64,000 bases of DNA from an uncultured Lentisphaerota bacterium. GTDB lineage: Bacteria > Verrucomicrobiota > Kiritimatiellia > RFP12 > UBA1067. Under the pieces are notes generated by a model that did not search any database, was not told the DNA's origin, and was given only the letters and a program-made list of their open reading frames with translations. Both the position numbers and the translations under genes were made by a program. The stretch spans positions 7,856-71,855 of the forward strand of contig ONVK01000002.1 in the NCBI GenBank assembly GCA_900321255.1, written 5' to 3'. Below are positions 1 to 8,271 of the stretch, one piece after another; within the stretch, counting starts at the first letter, position 1, and each line of letters begins with the position of its first letter.

Positions 1-8
1 TTTTGTAG

Positions 9-21
9 ATTATACCAAAAA
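9..21 (-). promoter_or_regulatory. Extended -10 promoter motif TTTTTGGTATAAT, for a gene left of the window
   Basis: Plus strand reads ATTATACCAAAAA. This is the same motif as at six other gene starts in the window. Confidence 0.4.
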
Positions 22-45
22 GGACGGTCGAAGTGGAAAAGGAAT

Positions 46-1167
46 TTAGCGGCAGGCGCGTGACGCGGAGAAGTAGAGAACCGCCGCGGCGACCGCGTGC
101 CGGGGCGGAACGACTTCCTCGCCCAGCGGCGGTTGCGTCCAGTCCGGACCGTTGATGCCGTCGGAAAGGCGGCGCGAAGTCCAGGCCGAGCGTGCGTTAG
201 AGAGTATGTACTCGCGGTACTTCTCGCATCCCGGGCGCCGCGCGAGCTCCGCAAGGCAGCGCATCGCGATTCCGCGGGAAACGCTGTCGATGTTCGCGGA
301 GCTCATCGACGAGAAGCCGCCCAGTCCCGCAACGAGCAGGTCGGCCGTTTTCTTCGCGTTTGAAAGGTATACGCCGCTGCCCGTCGCCCTGTACAGCCTC
401 ATCGACGCGCTGATGAAGAGACCGGCGTCGGACGTAAGCACATTCTCCGCGCGGCTGCCGTCTGCGGCGATCCAGGCGTAGACCGCGCCGGTGGAGGGGT
501 TGACCAGCTTCTGCACCGTCCATTTGTAGAGACGGCGCGCCTGAAGGAGATACTTGACGTCCTGGGTGGAATAGTAGAGGCTGATCGCCGCGACCACGGC
601 GGAAAGGTTGGCGCCGGCGCTCTTCTCGCTCTTCACGTCGTTCCTCCCCCAAATGCCGCCGTCCAACGCGTTGTCGACCTGGCCGAGCCAGATGGCGTCG
701 TACAGCGACCGCCCCTCGTCGAGATACACCTTGTTCCTCGTTACGCGGGAAGCGCGGAGGCAGGCGGTCGCCCAGCGGAGAATCTCGTAGTTGCTGGCGC
801 TAGCCGTGCGGTCTGGATAGACTGACGCGAGATCGTTGTAATACGCCGATATCGCCTCGGCTGCGAGATCCGTGCGCCAGAAGGACGACACGCTGTCGAG
901 GAGAAGGTTGAACGACTCGACCGCGAAACCGAACGACGGCGTATCACCTTCCCCGTCGCCGATGAGAGCGACGTCGTTGGACACCCTGTACTTTGACCAG
1001 ATTGCCTTCGCGGCATCTGTGCCGCGCTGGTGCCAGTAGAGCTCGCGCTCCTCTATTCCGGCAGTCTGCCCGGCAGGATCGCTCGGCAGCTCCTCGTGCG
1101 TGCGATCCGACGACTTGCAGCCCCCAAGCGCCGCAAGCACGACAAACACTGCTGCAATACTCTTCAT
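46..1167 (-). CDS. Secreted lipoprotein, glycoside hydrolase family 76-like (alpha-1,6-mannanase fold)
   Basis: ORF 46..1275 trimmed to the in-frame ATG at 1167, giving MKSIAAVFVVLAALGGC (signal plus lipobox). GH76-like blocks: DGGIWGRN, NLSAVVAAISLYYSTQDVKYLLQARRLYKW, SDAGLFISASMRLYRATG. The start shares one base with the rlmB stop (TGATG). Family call is from motif recall only. Confidence 0.5.
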   Translation of the reverse strand: MKSIAAVFVVLAALGGCKSSDRTHEELPSDPAGQTAGIEERELYWHQRGTDAAKAIWSKYRVSNDVALIGDGEGDTPSFGFAVESFNLLLDSVSSFWRTDLAAEAISAYYNDLASVYPDRTASASNYEILRWATACLRASRVTRNKVYLDEGRSLYDAIWLGQVDNALDGGIWGRNDVKSEKSAGANLSAVVAAISLYYSTQDVKYLLQARRLYKWTVQKLVNPSTGAVYAWIAADGSRAENVLTSDAGLFISASMRLYRATGSGVYLSNAKKTADLLVAGLGGFSSMSSANIDSVSRGIAMRCLAELARRPGCEKYREYILSNARSAWTSRRLSDGINGPDWTQPPLGEEVVPPRHAVAAAVLYFSASRACR

Positions 1168-1964
1168 CACGTGCGCCTCTGCCTGAGAATCTCGTACATT
1201 GCGACCGACGCGGCAGTAGCGGCGTTGAGCGACTCGAAGCCGCCCGGCATCGGCAGAACGGCGACGAAGTCGCACTTCTCGCGCACGAGGCGGGAAATGC
1301 CGTTACCCTCCGCGCCGACCACAAGGCCGACACGACCCTTGAAGTCGATGTCGGTGTAGTTCTTCGCGTCCTCGCCCCAGTCAAGCCCGGTGAACCAGAG
1401 TCCCGCCTCCTTAAGCTCATCAATCGCACGCGGCAGATTCACGACGTGCGCGACCCTGACGTGCTCGGTTCCGCCGGCCGAGGCACGCACGGCCGCAGGC
1501 GTTATGCCGCATGCGCGGTCTTCGGGAATGACGACACCCGTTGCGCCGACCGCAGCCGCGGTGCGTAGTATCGCGCCGACGTTCTGCGGATCCTCGAGAT
1601 GGTCGAGCACTATGACGAGGGCGTTCTCGTCGTCTTCCGCCGCATGGATGATGTCCTCGATGCCGACGTACGGATAGCCCGTCGTCTTGAGCGCAACGCC
1701 CTGGTGGTGGCCGAAGCGCGTGAGCTTGTCGAGCTGGTCGCGTTCCATCGTGCGGATCACGATGCGGCGCGAGAGCGCCTCGGCGCGGATCCTGGCGATC
1801 TGGTCGTCTTCGTCTGGGAACGCGGGCGGGAGCACTATTTCGGACGCGGTGCGGCGAGCGGCGGCGAGGGCTTCCTCAACGGGGTTTCTCCCGTAGATCC
1901 ACTCGCCGCCGGTCACCAGCTCGCGCGGGCCCTTGTGGTGCCTTGTATTCTGGTAGTTTCCCAA
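1167..1964 (-). CDS. rlmB: 23S rRNA (guanosine-2'-O)-methyltransferase RlmB (SpoU/TrmH family)
   Basis: EWIYGRNPVEEAL N-terminal domain. SpoU motifs: LDHLEDPQNVGAILRTAAAVG, LVVGAEGNGISRLV, LPMPGGFESLNAATAASVAMYEI. There is no ATG near the N-terminus. I chose TTG 1964 with GGAGG at 1969-1973; GTG 1916 is the alternative. The ORF-track extension to 2225 overlaps rhaA and is rejected. Confidence 0.75.
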   Translation of the reverse strand: MGNYQNTRHHKGPRELVTGGEWIYGRNPVEEALAAARRTASEIVLPPAFPDEDDQIARIRAEALSRRIVIRTMERDQLDKLTRFGHHQGVALKTTGYPYVGIEDIIHAAEDDENALVIVLDHLEDPQNVGAILRTAAAVGATGVVIPEDRACGITPAAVRASAGGTEHVRVAHVVNLPRAIDELKEAGLWFTGLDWGEDAKNYTDIDFKGRVGLVVGAEGNGISRLVREKCDFVAVLPMPGGFESLNAATAASVAMYEILRQRRT

Positions 1965-1978
1965 ATTGCCTCCAGGCG

Positions 1979-3214
1979 TTACCGCTTGAGCAGCACGTCC
2001 TTCTCGTACTTCTCGACCTGCTTGAACCACGCTTCGTCCGCAACGACCCCGTTGCGCCTGCAGAACTCGGCCCAGACTTCCTCGACGGGATAGTTCTTGT
2101 ACTCCTCCTGGAGGACGAGCTGCGCCGTGAAGTTGCCGGTCTCCTGCTCGGCCTTGAGCGACTTCCACGGAACGAGCATCGCCTTGAGGAGCTCCTTCTG
2201 CATGTTGCGCATGCCGAGCACCCACGCCGCGACGCGGTTGATGGACGCGTCGAAGTAGTCGAGCGCGATGATGAAGTTCTCAGGGCCCATCTTTACGATT
2301 TCCTGCGCGCAGGCGCGGAGGTCGTCGTTTTGGCGGATGACGTGGTCGGAATCCCAGCGCACTGGGCGCGAGATGTGGAACGCGACCTTGCCGAACGTCA
2401 TGAGGAACGAGCTGATCTTGTCGGCGACCGACTCGGAGAGATGGAAATGGCCCATGTCGAGAAGCGCGAGGATCTTCTGCTTCATCGCGTAGCCCATCAC
2501 GAACTCGTGCGAGCAGACGGTGTAGCTTTCGACGCCGATGCCGAAGAGTTTCGACTCGAGGAACGGAATCACCGCCTTCTTGTTGTACTTGTACTTGAAG
2601 ATCTTGTCCAGGGAGTCGGCCATGCGCTGGCGCGGCCCGAGGCGGTCGGACGGCTCGTCCTTGTAGCCGTCGGGCATCCAGAAGTTGATCCCGCACGGGC
2701 TCTTGAGCTCCTTCGCGAAGTACTCGGCGATCTTGAGGCACTGGATGCCGTGCTTGATCCAGAAGCTGCGGATCTTCTTGTCGGGCGAGGAGAGCGTGAG
2801 GCCGTCCTTGACGTTCTTGTGGGAGAAGAACGTCGGGTTGAAGTCGAGCTTTACGCCGGTCTTCTTCGCCCACTTCACCCATGGCTCGAAGTTCTTCGCG
2901 GTGAGCTTGTCGCGGTCGTCGATGTGCCCCTTGTGGATGCCGTAGCAGGCGTGCAGGTTTACGCGGTGCTTCCCGGGGATGAGCGCGAGCGCGAACTCGA
3001 GGTCCTTCATTAGCTCCTCGGGCGTCCTCGCCTTGCCGGGGTAGTTGCCCGTCGTCGCAATGCCGCCGGACGCTCCGCCCGTAGTCTCGAAGCCCCCGAC
3101 GTCGTCGCCCTGCCAGCAGTGGAGGGAGATCGCGATCTTGCCGAGGTCCTTGATCGCCTTCTCGGTGTCGATGCCGATCTTGGCGTACTTCTTCTGCGCT
3201 TCCTTGTAGCTCAT
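1979..3214 (-). CDS. rhaA: L-rhamnose isomerase
   Basis: 411 aa. IAISLHCWQGDDVGGFE matches the RhaA N-terminal signature (E. coli ...SMHCWQGDDVSGFE). ATG 3214 is preceded by GGAGGA. Confidence 0.9.
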   Translation of the reverse strand: MSYKEAQKKYAKIGIDTEKAIKDLGKIAISLHCWQGDDVGGFETTGGASGGIATTGNYPGKARTPEELMKDLEFALALIPGKHRVNLHACYGIHKGHIDDRDKLTAKNFEPWVKWAKKTGVKLDFNPTFFSHKNVKDGLTLSSPDKKIRSFWIKHGIQCLKIAEYFAKELKSPCGINFWMPDGYKDEPSDRLGPRQRMADSLDKIFKYKYNKKAVIPFLESKLFGIGVESYTVCSHEFVMGYAMKQKILALLDMGHFHLSESVADKISSFLMTFGKVAFHISRPVRWDSDHVIRQNDDLRACAQEIVKMGPENFIIALDYFDASINRVAAWVLGMRNMQKELLKAMLVPWKSLKAEQETGNFTAQLVLQEEYKNYPVEEVWAEFCRRNGVVADEAWFKQVEKYEKDVLLKR

Positions 3215-3245
3215 TGTCCTCCTTTTTTGTCTTATGTTTTTAAAC

Positions 3246-3264
3246 CACGAAATACACGAAAATA
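3246..3264 (-). promoter_or_regulatory. Tandem direct repeat CACGAAATA/CACGAAAATA upstream of rhaA (candidate operator)
   Basis: Two adjacent copies lie 32-50 nt upstream of the rhaA ATG, in the only sizeable spacer of this cluster. Confidence 0.25.
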
Positions 3265-3268
3265 TGCG

Positions 3269-4582
3269 TCACTCCTCCTCCGGCTTGGGCAGCTCGAACG
3301 AGCAGTTGGTCACGCGGACGTCTGTCGGCGTGAAGTCGCCGTTGTGGTTCTCTGCCTTGAACCAGACCCACTCCTGGCCCGTGACCTTCACGCGGTCGAA
3401 CCATACGTTCTCCATCTCCCAGGCATAGCGGGACACGAAGCGGCGCTCGGGCCCGGTCGTCTCGAGAGTTATGTTCGAGAACACCGAGTCGCGGAGCTTC
3501 AGCCCGATGAAGCCGTTGCAGCCGCAGGCGGTCGCGGTGATGTTCGCGAGAATGACGTCGTGCACCCATGCTCCGCCCAGACCCTGCGAGCGGTGGAACG
3601 CAGGCTCGTCAACGACGCCAGACGACTCGACGTCGACCACCTTGCAGTTGACCGCAAGGCAGTCTTCGGCGGTGAACACGTCTGCCGAGATAGACTTGAT
3701 GAGGTGATTGCGGACAATCTTGCAGCACGGGCCGTTCGCCATCTCGGTCGTCGCGCCGCCCGTCACGTAGCCGACGAGCTTGTTGCCGAAGACGAACGTA
3801 CGCGCGACCGAACGGCCGCCCTTGTTGCGGACGATGCAGTCCTCCAGCCAGCAGCTCGAGCTCGCGTCGACGCCTGCAAGCGCATAGCCCTGGCCTCCTT
3901 CGACGTCGCAGAAGATGTTCACGTCCTTGAACTTGAGCTTGTCGCATCCTGTGCGCGCGCCCTTTATGCGGACGTCCTTGCGGGAGAGCCCGGGAGCCGG
4001 CATTATAGTCGTCCAGAACTTGCGGCCGTTTCCGCCTCCGATGCGCTCAACGGGGTATACGCCTGGCTTCGAGAGATAGACCGTGCCGCCGTCTCCGGCG
4101 CGTTTCACCGCCTGCTTCATCGTTTTCACGGGCAGTTCCTTCGTGCCTTCGTTGTAGTCGATTCCGTCAACCAGGTCGACCCAGATCTCCTTCTTCGAGC
4201 CAAGCGTGTCGTTCTTGTCCCAGTAGAGGAGCAGGTCGGGGAGCGCGTACTTCGTGCCATCCTCCGCGACCGCCTTTGCGCCGACGACAAGTTTGCTCTC
4301 CTTGAGCTTCGAAGGGTCGAACGACGCGGGGTCGATCGTGAACCAGTGCTCGACGACTTTCGTCCTGTCGTTGAGCGTGGGCTTGTCTACCTTCGCGGCC
4401 TTCCTGCCGTTCACGGTGAACTCGACATGGAACGGCTTGTCGTAGAACGCGACTACGCCCGCCTTGAACGGCTCCTTGAGGCGCTGGTACGGGACGACGT
4501 CCCACTGAGCGACAGGGCGCGCGGCGGAAATAGCCGGTGCCGCAAACAGCGCGGCAAAGGCAAAAGACAGGACACTCCTCAT
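3269..4582 (-). CDS. Secreted right-handed parallel beta-helix (pectate-lyase-fold) protein, function unknown
   Basis: Start trimmed to ATG 4582 (MRSVLSFAFAALFAAPAISA signal) with AGGAG upstream. Repetitive Cys/Gly/Val-rich coils (NIFCDVEGGQG, CWLEDCIVRNKGG, CKIVRNHLIKS, LAVNCKVVDV, ILANITATACGCNG) are typical of beta-helix repeats. Confidence 0.5.
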   Translation of the reverse strand: MRSVLSFAFAALFAAPAISAARPVAQWDVVPYQRLKEPFKAGVVAFYDKPFHVEFTVNGRKAAKVDKPTLNDRTKVVEHWFTIDPASFDPSKLKESKLVVGAKAVAEDGTKYALPDLLLYWDKNDTLGSKKEIWVDLVDGIDYNEGTKELPVKTMKQAVKRAGDGGTVYLSKPGVYPVERIGGGNGRKFWTTIMPAPGLSRKDVRIKGARTGCDKLKFKDVNIFCDVEGGQGYALAGVDASSSCWLEDCIVRNKGGRSVARTFVFGNKLVGYVTGGATTEMANGPCCKIVRNHLIKSISADVFTAEDCLAVNCKVVDVESSGVVDEPAFHRSQGLGGAWVHDVILANITATACGCNGFIGLKLRDSVFSNITLETTGPERRFVSRYAWEMENVWFDRVKVTGQEWVWFKAENHNGDFTPTDVRVTNCSFELPKPEEE

Positions 4583-4586
4583 TATC

Positions 4587-5891
4587 TCATGCTCCTTTCT
4601 GCTCATTGAACTTCTCCCTGTTGATCCAAAGTCCGAGCGCGGGGTTCGGAATGAAGTAGATTTCCTCCCCGTCCACTACGTTGTAGCCATACTTCAGCTT
4701 CGTCGGATCGTACTTGGCGGACATCTCGTCGTACGAGGCGGCCTTGAAGCCGACGCCTTCCACTTCGTCGCGGGAGATTTTCTTCACGCAGTAGGTGATC
4801 GAAAAACGGCCGTCGGACGAGCCGTGGATAAGGTGCGCGGCCGCGCCCATGTTCGCGCGCAAGTCGTCAGCATCCGGGCGCTTGAACACCTCGAGCGTGT
4901 GGAGGCGACCACGGTAGCCGTACTTGCGGATAAGCCCGTCGACCACCTTGTCCTCACCGAACTGCTTCACGCCCGGCGCGAGGACTATCAGCTCTCCGCC
5001 GTCGGCCATCGCCATGCGTGTGCGGTAGATCGCCTTGTTTCCAAGCCAGGTAGACGAAAATTCGGACGGGTCGAGGTAGACGACGCACTTCCGCAGGCCA
5101 TGCTCCACGTAGTCGATGTTGCGCTGCTGCGCGAGCTTCACCGCCTCGGTGAGGCAGTTGCGCCCCTCGCCGATGAAGAGGCCGTGGCTCGCAATCCTGC
5201 CGCCCGGGGCGGTGTTCACGGTCAGGACCCAGAGGATCGGGCGGTGCGCGACATAGTGGTCGAACGCATAGTCGAACAGCTGCCTGACCGGCGTGTGATC
5301 GCGTCCCATCGCCTTCTCCATCCCGCACACGGCGCCTATCATGTGCGACTTGTTTATCATGTCGCTGCCGCCTATGCCGACGAAGATGTTCTTCGCATGG
5401 TTGGCCATTCCGATCACCTCGTGCGGGACGACCTGCCCTGGCGAGACGATCAAGTCGTACTTTTCGTCCATCAGCCTGCGATTGACCTCGACGGACACCG
5501 GATCCTTCCAAAGCCCCCCGGAAATGCGCTCGACCTCCGCCGCAGGCACTTCGCCAAGGCGGACTACGTCGGTGCGCCAGTTGTGGACGAGCATCTTCTC
5601 GTACGGGATGTCGCCGAACATCGTCTTCCACTGCGACTCCGACACCGGCACGTGCGTGCCGAGCGCCGGCAGGACGTCTACGTTCGCGCCCTTCGCCGTC
5701 AGAAGCCGATAGAACACCTGGGTTATGAAGCCGGCGTTGGAGTGGAAGCGCGTGAAGTCCGGCGGAATGACGAGCGCGTTGCGCACCACGCCCCTGCGCG
5801 ACTCCCAGTCCGCGAGAGCACGCTCCAGCAGCTTCGCAATCTCCTCGTCGGAAATGACGCTTCCCTCTTCGGCTATCTTGAAAATATCCAT
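4587..5891 (-). CDS. LarA-like (lactate racemase N-terminal domain, DUF2088) protein, probable sugar or sugar-acid racemase/epimerase
   Basis: 434 aa. Blocks VIPPDFTRFHSNAG, LPALGTHVP, VHNWRTDVVRLGEV, DLIVSPGQVVPHEVIGMANHAKNIFVGIGG resemble the LarA N-terminal domain. The start overlaps the HAD gene by 19 nt. Confidence 0.55.
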   Translation of the reverse strand: MDIFKIAEEGSVISDEEIAKLLERALADWESRRGVVRNALVIPPDFTRFHSNAGFITQVFYRLLTAKGANVDVLPALGTHVPVSESQWKTMFGDIPYEKMLVHNWRTDVVRLGEVPAAEVERISGGLWKDPVSVEVNRRLMDEKYDLIVSPGQVVPHEVIGMANHAKNIFVGIGGSDMINKSHMIGAVCGMEKAMGRDHTPVRQLFDYAFDHYVAHRPILWVLTVNTAPGGRIASHGLFIGEGRNCLTEAVKLAQQRNIDYVEHGLRKCVVYLDPSEFSSTWLGNKAIYRTRMAMADGGELIVLAPGVKQFGEDKVVDGLIRKYGYRGRLHTLEVFKRPDADDLRANMGAAAHLIHGSSDGRFSITYCVKKISRDEVEGVGFKAASYDEMSAKYDPTKLKYGYNVVDGEEIYFIPNPALGLWINREKFNEQKGA

Positions 5892-6730
5892 TTTTCGATT
5901 CCTTTCGCCACGCCGCAGTCGTCGTTAGACGGCGCAACGTACTTGGCGACGCGCTTCACCTCGGGATCGGCGTTCTCCATCGCCACCCCAAGACCCGCCG
6001 CCTCCACCATCGTAAAGTCGTTCATGCCGTCGCCGAACGCCATGCAGTTCTCGAGCCCGAGCCCAAGATGCTGCGCGAACCGCCTAAGGGCGTTGCCCTT
6101 GTGTGCGGAGGCTATGTTCAGCTCGATGTTGTTCCATGTCGAAGACGTGGCCCGTATTTCCGGGAAGCGTTCAGCAACGGCCTGCCTCACGGCGTCAAGC
6201 GTCGCAACCGCCGCTTCCGGATCGTCCTTCCTCGCGAACATCATGATCTTCTGGACGTCTCCGTCCGCGGCCGTGCTGCGGAGGTGCGCCTTTAGGTCGG
6301 GGACGGGATTGCGGAACTCGCGCACCATCTTGAGGTAGTGGACGTTCGTGGCGTACGCCTCGGCCCTGTCCTGATGCGACGCCGTCATCCACCCCCAGTT
6401 GCCGCGGTAGCAGTCGTACACAACGTCGCATCCGTCGAGGATCTCCATTACCTCAAGCGCCGTCGCCAATGGTATCTCGTCGCGCACAATCGCCGAGTCC
6501 GTCTCGCGGTCGTACACCTGCGCCCCGTTTATGGTTATCGCGTAGCGGACGAACGGAAGGTCGCGTACGGCCTGCGGCATCATGCCGAAGAACCTCCCCG
6601 TCGTGGGAACGACGTGTATGCCGGCCGCAGCCGCGCGTTCAAGCGCGGCGCGGTTGGCGGCAGGGAGATTCTTGTCGGAATCGAGCAGCGTGCCGTCAAG
6701 GTCGAGCGCAATGATGCGTATCTCTTCCAT
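5873..6730 (-). CDS. Cof-type HAD-IIB sugar phosphatase
   Basis: Start trimmed to ATG 6730. IALDLDGTLL (motif I), VVPTTGR (motif II), AFGDGMNDFTMVEAAGLGVAMENA (motifs III/IV). Confidence 0.8.
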   Translation of the reverse strand: MEEIRIIALDLDGTLLDSDKNLPAANRAALERAAAAGIHVVPTTGRFFGMMPQAVRDLPFVRYAITINGAQVYDRETDSAIVRDEIPLATALEVMEILDGCDVVYDCYRGNWGWMTASHQDRAEAYATNVHYLKMVREFRNPVPDLKAHLRSTAADGDVQKIMMFARKDDPEAAVATLDAVRQAVAERFPEIRATSSTWNNIELNIASAHKGNALRRFAQHLGLGLENCMAFGDGMNDFTMVEAAGLGVAMENADPEVKRVAKYVAPSNDDCGVAKGIEKWIFSR

Positions 6731-6765
6731 GCAGTCAGGGCCTTCCCTCGTTGCGTCCGCTTCGC

Positions 6766-8217
6766 TTATGCATTGTAGGTTGCGGCAGAAGTACTGCCGC
6801 CATGTCCCGTCCAGTTCGTGTGGAAGAACTCGCCGCGCGGCCTGTCGAGGCGCTCGTACGTGTGCGCGCCGAAGTAGTCGCGCTGCGCCTGCAGGAGGTT
6901 CGCCGGAAGGCGCTCGGTCGTGTAGCCGTCGAAGTAGCTGAGCGCAGATGTCATGGTCGGCGCAGGGATGCCGTACTGGAGCGCCGCGGACGCGACCTTG
7001 CGCCACGCCGGGACGAGCTTCTCCACCGTCCCCTTGAAGTACGGATCAAGAAGCAGGTTCGAAAGCTGCGGGTTCTTGTCGTACGCCTCCTTGATCTTGC
7101 CGAGGAAGACCGAGCGTATGATGCAGCCGCCGCGCCACATGAGCGCGATGCCGCCGTAGTTGAGGTTCCATCCGTACGTCTTCGCAGCGGTTCGCATCAG
7201 CGTGTATCCCTGCGCGTAGGACACGATCTTAGAGGCGTAGAGAGCCTGGCGTATGGCCTCGACGAACTCCGCCTTGTCGCCGGTGAAAGCAGGGATCCTG
7301 CGGCCGTACGCCTTGGCGGCCTCCACGCGGTCGGCCTTCATCGCCGACAGGCACCGCGCGAACACGGCCTCGCCGATGAGCGTAAGCGGCACGCCTTCGT
7401 CAAGCGCCGCGATGCCAGTCCACTTGCCCGTGCCCTTCTGCCCCGCCGTGTCGAGAATCTTCTCGACGATCGGCGAGCCGTCTTCGTCCTTGAACGCGAG
7501 GATGTCGCGCGTAATCTCGATGAGATACGAGTCAAGCTCGGTGGTGTTCCACTTCTTGAAGACCTCGTGCATCTCGTCGTCGGACATCCCGAGGAGGTCG
7601 CGCATGAGCTGGTAGCTCTCGCAGATGAGCTGCATGTCGCCGTACTCGATGCCGTTGTGCACCATCTTGACGAAGTGTCCGGCTCCGTTCTCACCGACCC
7701 AGTCGCAGCACGGCGAGCCGTCCTCGACCTTCGCGCAGATTCCCTGGAAGATCGGCTTCACGAACGGCCACGCCTCAGGCGAGCCGCCCGGCATCATCGA
7801 CGGTCCCTTGAGCGCACCCTCCTCGCCGCCGGAAACCCCAGTGCCGACGTAGAGGAGACCCTTCGACTCGACGTATTTGGTGCGCCGAATCGTGTCTGGG
7901 AAGTGGCTGTTGCCGCCATCGATTATGATGTCGCCCGGCTCAAGGACGCCGAGCAGCTGCTCGATCATCGCGTCCACCGCGGCGCCGGCCTTGACCATGC
8001 AGAACACCTTGCGCGGCTTCTCGAGGTTGTCGGCGAGTTCCTGGATGGAATGGCAGCCGATGATGTTCTTGCCCTTGGCGCGTCCGTTCACGAAGTTGTC
8101 GACCTTCTCCACGGTACGGTTGAAGCACGCGACCGTGAAGCCCTTCGACTCCATGTTCATGATCAGGTTCTCGCCCATCACGGCGAGTCCTATCAAACCG
8201 ATATCAGCTTTTTTCAT
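6766..8217 (-). CDS. gnd: 6-phosphogluconate dehydrogenase, decarboxylating
   Basis: 483 aa. DIGLIGLAVMGENLIMNM Rossmann motif, GGNSHFPDT, GVSGGEEGALKGPSMMPGG, HFVKMVHNGIEYGDMQLI are canonical Gnd blocks. Confidence 0.95.
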   Translation of the reverse strand: MKKADIGLIGLAVMGENLIMNMESKGFTVACFNRTVEKVDNFVNGRAKGKNIIGCHSIQELADNLEKPRKVFCMVKAGAAVDAMIEQLLGVLEPGDIIIDGGNSHFPDTIRRTKYVESKGLLYVGTGVSGGEEGALKGPSMMPGGSPEAWPFVKPIFQGICAKVEDGSPCCDWVGENGAGHFVKMVHNGIEYGDMQLICESYQLMRDLLGMSDDEMHEVFKKWNTTELDSYLIEITRDILAFKDEDGSPIVEKILDTAGQKGTGKWTGIAALDEGVPLTLIGEAVFARCLSAMKADRVEAAKAYGRRIPAFTGDKAEFVEAIRQALYASKIVSYAQGYTLMRTAAKTYGWNLNYGGIALMWRGGCIIRSVFLGKIKEAYDKNPQLSNLLLDPYFKGTVEKLVPAWRKVASAALQYGIPAPTMTSALSYFDGYTTERLPANLLQAQRDYFGAHTYERLDRPRGEFFHTNWTGHGGSTSAATYNA

Positions 8218-8250
8218 TTTCCTTTTCCTTTTTATCTGCTATCCACTTGC

Positions 8251-8271
8251 GACCAACGACCAACGACTAAC
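8251..8271. repeat. Heptad tandem repeat GACCAAC GACCAAC GACTAAC
   Basis: Three 7-nt units directly after the KdgK-like stop codon (8272-8274), in the spacer before gnd. Confidence 0.8.

Noticed and set aside
3119-6338. Plus-strand ORFs 3119..4609 and 4824..6338 (about 500 aa each); similar ones at 15482..17050, 17195..18607, 41510..43072 and 56949..58550
   Set aside because: All are antisense to well-supported minus-strand genes (secA, the FGGY kinase, the giant gene and others). They show the Arg/Leu/Val/Asp bias of GC-rich antisense frames.
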